From positions 4,080,001 to 4,112,000 of the forward strand of contig NZ_CP011304.1 in NCBI RefSeq assembly GCF_000981785.2: a DNA stretch of 32,000 nucleotides. The letters are read 5' to 3'. The position numbers and the translations under genes were made by a program. Positions 27,470-32,000 of the stretch are shown in pieces; within the stretch, counting starts at the first letter, position 1, and each line of letters begins with the position of its first letter. Source of the DNA: Microcystis aeruginosa NIES-2549. Lineage in GTDB: Bacteria > Cyanobacteriota > Cyanobacteriia > Cyanobacteriales > Microcystaceae. The notes under the pieces are model-generated. The model was not told where the DNA came from. It did not search any database and worked only from the letters and a program-made list of their open reading frames with translations.

Positions 27470-28339
27470 TTACGCTTCATCTATCCGAGAACCTTCCGGT
27501 CGCAGTTCGATCGAGAGGCCTTCCTGGGCGAGAATAGTTTGAGGGAAAATCTTTCTTACCTGTTCCCCAATGCGATCGAGAAAATCGTCATTATGGGCGG
27601 GATCGTGATGAAATAGAACTAACTGCTTAACTTGCGCTTCTTTGGCGATTTTGACTGCCTGCTGCCAAGTGGAATGACCCCAACCCACCTTAGAATAATT
27701 AGGATCGTTGTATTCCTCATCGGTGTAGGTAGCATCAATAATCATTACATCCGCTTGCCAGGCCAAAGCCAGAACGTTATCATCAAGGCGATCGGGAAAA
27801 TGTTCGGTATCGGTAATATAAGCTGCCGATAAACCCTGCCAATTTACCCGATAACCCACCGCTTCCCCTGGATGATTTAAAGGACGGGTTTCGACGGTGA
27901 AATCGGCACAGTAGAGGGTTTCGCCCATTTCTAGATTATAAAATTCTAAATCAGCCCGCATAATCTGCAAAGGCACGGGAAAATTAGGGTGTAACATCTG
28001 ATCGTGTAATGTTTGCTTGATGGTTGCTCCGTTGGGGGAGGGAACCGCGTAGATATTAAAAGTATTGCCCCTGATAAAAGCAGGGGTAAAAAAAGGAAAA
28101 CCTTGAATATGATCCCAATGGGAATGGCTGAAAAATAAATGGGCTTTCACTGGACTTTCTGTCATCAAAGACTGTCCTAGGATGCGTAACCCCGTACCAC
28201 CGTCGAAGATTAATCTTTCTCTACCGACTTGCATCTCGACACAGGAAGTATTACCACCATAACGAACGGTTTCCGAACCTGGACAGGGAATGCTCCCCCG
28301 TACTCCCCAAAATTTGATCTGGAAGCAGTTGTAGGGCAT
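27470..28339 (-). CDS. MBL-fold metallo-hydrolase
   Basis: 289-aa ORF with the HxHxDH motif (FFSHSHWDHIQG) and downstream His/Asp ligands (LNHPGEAVGY, LFHHDP). Confidence 0.8.
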   Translation of the reverse strand: MPYNCFQIKFWGVRGSIPCPGSETVRYGGNTSCVEMQVGRERLIFDGGTGLRILGQSLMTESPVKAHLFFSHSHWDHIQGFPFFTPAFIRGNTFNIYAVPSPNGATIKQTLHDQMLHPNFPVPLQIMRADLEFYNLEMGETLYCADFTVETRPLNHPGEAVGYRVNWQGLSAAYITDTEHFPDRLDDNVLALAWQADVMIIDATYTDEEYNDPNYSKVGWGHSTWQQAVKIAKEAQVKQLVLFHHDPAHNDDFLDRIGEQVRKIFPQTILAQEGLSIELRPEGSRIDEA

Positions 28340-28476
28340 ACCAGAAACTCCTCTACTTGTGCTGATGGGCTAATAGATCAGATTAGCACTCTTCTACAAT
28401 TAAGTCTGTGACTTCATCCCTAACACAACGATCTATGATTAAGGGTGAGGATCGTCACTTTTGGAAGAGCCAAGGC

Positions 28477-28908
28477 ATGGATTTACAGAAATTCTTAGAA
28501 AAACTGCCTCAACAGTATCAGGATTGGGGATCGCCTCTAATGTCGCCTATTTCCGAGCAATTAACCCTTTTAAGCGAAAAAACCGCCTCCTATTCTGATA
28601 TCAATCTCTTTCCCCTGCTCAATCTCGCCGTTGCCTGTCTGCAACCGGACGAGGTTTACTGTCAAGTGGGTTGTTTTCGTCGCGGTAGTTTAGTCGCCGC
28701 TTTCTGCAATAATAGCGATCGCTACGGTTATGGCGTAGAAGCTTTTTTTAAATATGATCCATCGGGAGAAAAGCTAACTATATTATCTGAGGATTTGGAG
28801 GATTTTCAACTATCAGAACAGATATTTTTAAGCGATCAAGAAACGGAAAACTTTTTCGATGATCTGGCAGAATTAAACAGTGAAGAAAAGCTGGGAGTTT
28901 ATTACTAA
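28477..28908 (+). CDS. N-terminal fragment of a class I SAM-dependent methyltransferase (Methyltransf_24-like), ended by an in-frame TAA
   Basis: The ORF is 28408..28908 (GTG). The likely start is ATG 28477 (MDLQKFLEKLPQQYQDWGS...). It ends ...EEKLGVYY* inside what looks like the conserved VY.YDG.HDY block. The next ORF continues in the same frame. Confidence 0.55.
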   Translation: MDLQKFLEKLPQQYQDWGSPLMSPISEQLTLLSEKTASYSDINLFPLLNLAVACLQPDEVYCQVGCFRRGSLVAAFCNNSDRYGYGVEAFFKYDPSGEKLTILSEDLEDFQLSEQIFLSDQETENFFDDLAELNSEEKLGVYY

Positions 28909-28935
28909 GATGCCGCCGAAGACTATCGATCGCTC

Positions 28936-29706
28936 TTGATAACCCTACTTTTCGCCAAAAAATTCTGGTCCGATTCCGCTTTAATTATCATCAATAAATG
29001 TCAGCATCCCGCTCTCCAACAGGCAATAAGAGATTTTACTAAAACCCATCCCCAAGCTCAGATAATTTTAGATGATAAAATCGCTAATCACGGTTTGCTT
29101 GGTTTCAAAAATATTTGTTTATTAGCTTGGAATGCTCCCCCGGGGATAACAGCCCTAAAATCCCCGAAAAAACTGGTTTTAAATGTGGGTTGTGGTCCCT
29201 ATAATCCCGAAGCCTTACCCCAACTATTCCGCGATGGCAATTGGCAAGAAATTCGCCTCGATATCAATACTGCTGTTAACCCAGATATTTTAGGAACGAT
29301 TACCGATTTAAGTGCCGTTCCCGATAACTGCGTCGATGCGGTTTTTTCTAGTCATAATCTAGAACATATTTATCATTACGAAGTTCCCATCGCCCTAGGG
29401 GAATTTAAACGCATTCTTAAACCCGAAGGCTTTTTGATGATCGTGGTTCCCGATATGCAAACCGCCGCCGAATTTGTCGCTAGAGGCGATATGGAAAATG
29501 AACCTTTATATATTTCTCCTGGAGGTCCAGTGCGGGCTTTATGGATGTTTTACGGCATGGGAACAGAAGTCCCCGGAATGCCCTATATGGCTCATAAAAC
29601 TGGTTTTACCTCTCAAAATCTTAACCAGAAATTACAAGAGGCAAATTTTGCCAGAGTCGAGGTAATTCGCACAGAATTTGAGTTAGTTGCTTTTGGGTAT
29701 AAGTGA
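28936..29706 (+). CDS. Continuation of the interrupted methyltransferase plus a second SAM-MTase domain (Methyltransf_11-like)
   Basis: It is in the same frame as 28408..28908 (28936-28408 = 528). The segment between reads *DAAEDYRSLLITLLFAKKFWSDSALIIINK. The second domain has LVLNVGCGPYNP and VDAVFSSHNLEHI. The TTG start is only nominal. Confidence 0.55.
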   Translation: MITLLFAKKFWSDSALIIINKCQHPALQQAIRDFTKTHPQAQIILDDKIANHGLLGFKNICLLAWNAPPGITALKSPKKLVLNVGCGPYNPEALPQLFRDGNWQEIRLDINTAVNPDILGTITDLSAVPDNCVDAVFSSHNLEHIYHYEVPIALGEFKRILKPEGFLMIVVPDMQTAAEFVARGDMENEPLYISPGGPVRALWMFYGMGTEVPGMPYMAHKTGFTSQNLNQKLQEANFARVEVIRTEFELVAFGYK

Positions 29707-30669
29707 GGAAAGATTAGCAAAAATTGCTCGCACTTGTGGGGCGATTCTTTCCCTTTGATTGATTAAATAAATACTAACGAGGGTTAAAGATACCCCCACC
29801 CATTGCAATACACTTAACATCTCACCGAGGAATAAATTCCCGAAACTGAGGGCAAAAACCGGAGTTAAAAAAGTTAAAGAACTTAAACTGGTTAAATTGC
29901 CCTTGGCGGCTAAATAAAAGAATATTCCATAGGCGATCGCACTACCAAAAATAGTGGCATAACTTAAAGCTAACCAACCATTTAAATCTATATTCTGCCA
30001 TTGATGGGATTCGGTGAAACCTGAAGCTAAAAATAGCGGCAATCCTCCTAAAATCATGTGCCATCCTGTGGCGCTGACGGGATCCGCATGACGACAGACA
30101 AACCGGATTAAGACTGTTCCCACCGCCATGGATAGGGAAGCCAAAAGCATGAGCATTTCGCCGCTATTTAGTAATTCCTGCCAGCTAAAGTCAATATTTA
30201 GCCCTTTTTGTCCAAAAAAGTCATAAAACCATTGATCGGGCAAACCAATTAAACTAATTCCCCCAATCCCTAAACCCAATCCCAACCATCCCCAGACACC
30301 GATAACTTCTTTAAATAGCCAACTGGACATTAAAGCCACCGCTAGGGGTTGCGAGTCAATAATTACCGATCCTAACCCCGCCCCGGTACGATTTAATCCC
30401 AGTGCCAGAAAACCTTGAAAAAGAGTGGCATCCATCAGAGCAAAAAGGGCAATCCATAACCATGCTTGCAGGGTTTTGGGCTGAGGACGACCTAAAAACC
30501 AAGCTACTATTAAAACTAACATTCCGGCGGGAACCAGGCGAATTGCCGCCATAAATAGGGGGGTAGTATGGGGGATAACACCCTTCATCGCTACCATCGC
30601 TGTTCCCCAGAGAAAAAACGGTGAGATAAGTAAAAGGGGCGAGGATTTCTTTAAATCTAGGTTTTCCAT
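29683..30669 (-). CDS. EamA/DMT family transporter
   Basis: 328-aa ORF, about 10 TM helices, two EamA-like halves. Its 3' end overlaps the convergent methyltransferase ORF by 24 nt. Confidence 0.85.
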   Translation of the reverse strand: MENLDLKKSSPLLLISPFFLWGTAMVAMKGVIPHTTPLFMAAIRLVPAGMLVLIVAWFLGRPQPKTLQAWLWIALFALMDATLFQGFLALGLNRTGAGLGSVIIDSQPLAVALMSSWLFKEVIGVWGWLGLGLGIGGISLIGLPDQWFYDFFGQKGLNIDFSWQELLNSGEMLMLLASLSMAVGTVLIRFVCRHADPVSATGWHMILGGLPLFLASGFTESHQWQNIDLNGWLALSYATIFGSAIAYGIFFYLAAKGNLTSLSSLTFLTPVFALSFGNLFLGEMLSVLQWVGVSLTLVSIYLINQRERIAPQVRAIFANLSSLIPKSN

Positions 30670-30862
30670 AGGTAGCGATCGATTGTTGTCGATAACAAAT
30701 TTCTCTAATTGTATAAGCTAAGACCCATTTTAACCGCCTATCCTTAGATTAGCTGAATCTCCCCCAATCCCCTTACTGTTGACTCTTGCCTTTTGCCTCT
30801 TGCCTCATCTCAACGAGCAATTTAAATGCGCGGGCAGCTTAGTAGAGACCGAGGATCGGCTC

Positions 30863-31906
30863 TTAATTATCTTGACTTTCTCCTAACTGATTTTCCTCTA
30901 AAGCTGTTATTGGTTTTTCTTGACTCGATCCGATCCAGATCGCAATCATACCAGCGATAGGAATGGAGAGAAAAACCCCTAATAATCCCGCAATTCTTTC
31001 GCCGATAAAGAGAGATAAAAATAAAATTACTGGGTTTAATTCTAGGGCATTGCCCATAACTTTAGGGCGAATAATATTATCTTGAATTTGCACCAAGACA
31101 ACACAGACAATAAAAGCTTTAACCGCAACTGCTGGTCCCTGGGAGGTAAAAGTCAAGATAGTTACCAACAAAATGCCCAGGGTTGCCCCGATACCCGGGA
31201 TAGCATCGATAATACCGAGAATACCCGCTAAAATTAGCCCATATTTGATTCCTAATACCGAAAAACTCAAGAAACTCGTCACCGATAAAAAGAGCATTAA
31301 CAACAGTTGCCCGCGAATAAATCCCAGAAAACTTTGTCGAAAAGACTTGGAAAAACGCTCCCGGTATGCTAGGGGGAGAAGTTGCAAAAAACCTCGCCAA
31401 AGTTTATCACCATCGATGAGCATATAAACACTGATCACCGCCCCGAAAACGCCCGTAAAGACACTGGAAAAAACCCCTTGTACGATCGATAAACCCGTAG
31501 CTAAACCGGTTTGTAAGCTTCCCACCATTTTATTTAAATCTAATCGATCAAGAAAGTCTTGAAAGGGTAAAAAATCTTTTTGACTCAGGGCATCGGTAAG
31601 ATTAAATAGTAGTCCTCTCCCCTGATTAACTGCTTCTAATCCTATGCCTGTGACTAATCCAAATAGGAGGACAAAAGCTGCTAGGGTGGTAATAGCAATG
31701 GCTAGTCCTCTCGGTAGATAACGGGATAACCAAACCACAGGATAATTTAATAGGGCGGCCAGGATCGCTGAACCGGTAAAAATAGCGATCATCGCGTAGA
31801 AATAGTTAATTAAGATAATTAGACTCCAGCCACAGCCAAATAATAATAGATAGCGTACTAGAATCGAGTTATTCAGAGTTTTCCAAAAGGAGCTAGAAGG
31901 GGGCAT
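30863..31906 (-). CDS. AI-2E family (PerM-like) transporter
   Basis: 347-aa polytopic ORF with the conserved C-terminal region DNIIRPKVMGNALELNPVILFLSLFIGERIAGLLGVFLSIPIAG. Confidence 0.85.
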   Translation of the reverse strand: MPPSSSFWKTLNNSILVRYLLLFGCGWSLIILINYFYAMIAIFTGSAILAALLNYPVVWLSRYLPRGLAIAITTLAAFVLLFGLVTGIGLEAVNQGRGLLFNLTDALSQKDFLPFQDFLDRLDLNKMVGSLQTGLATGLSIVQGVFSSVFTGVFGAVISVYMLIDGDKLWRGFLQLLPLAYRERFSKSFRQSFLGFIRGQLLLMLFLSVTSFLSFSVLGIKYGLILAGILGIIDAIPGIGATLGILLVTILTFTSQGPAVAVKAFIVCVVLVQIQDNIIRPKVMGNALELNPVILFLSLFIGERIAGLLGVFLSIPIAGMIAIWIGSSQEKPITALEENQLGESQDN

Positions 31907-32000
31907 AAATAAAGCTAGAAATAGGATTTTAGCATTTAGAATTGTTTTAACAAAGCTTCCCGCATGACCGAGACGGGGACGGGTTGACCTAACCAGATTT

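Noticed and set aside
31936-32000. Possible 3' end of a minus-strand gene (...IWLGQPVPVSVMREALLKQF*) at the window edge
   Set aside because: Only 20 codons are visible and a second frame is equally open. No family can be recognised from so short a piece.

Overview
This is a cyanobacterial chromosomal window. Evidence: photosystem II genes psbU and psbN, a split rpoC1 (gamma subunit), a carboxysome-type beta-carbonic anhydrase, phylloquinone menG, and 13 perfect HIP1 octamers (GCGATCGC) counted by eye. The heptanucleotide arrays and small MITE-like elements suggest a unicellular Microcystis/Synechocystis-like lineage, but that is inference only. I support about 29 protein genes, almost all core housekeeping. 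They are rpoC1 (partial), a membrane-anchored WD40 protein, a B12-domain radical SAM protein, smc, a YciI-like protein, a GT4 glycosyltransferase coupled to a HEAT-repeat protein, nadB, psbU, a 1-Cys peroxiredoxin, a plant-type ferredoxin, GH38 alpha-mannosidase, psbN (43 aa, absent from the ORF track), beta-carbonic anhydrase, glutaminase, a YtxH/DUF948 pair, TPM, DUF2993 and DUF445 proteins, menG, an MBL-fold hydrolase, a two-domain methyltransferase split by an in-frame stop, an EamA transporter and an AI-2E transporter. There is also a tRNA-Tyr/tRNA-Thr pair. I cannot support any multi-gene defence island or novel protein system here. The unusual signal is non-coding. (1) An intergenic hairpin locus carries an exact copy of the Yfr1 sRNA signature ACTCCTCACAC. 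(2) A ~146-bp MITE family has two full copies with 7-bp target-site duplications and one partial copy that truncates a DNA-methyltransferase remnant. (3) G-quadruplex-capable heptamer arrays start within 10 nt of stop codons, on the sense strand of the upstream gene. (4) CAGTNAT and CTYTTGC heptamer families recur in several intergenic regions. (5) A 770-bp gene-free divergent region carries repeated hairpins. All product calls come from reading the translations by eye; no database search was run.
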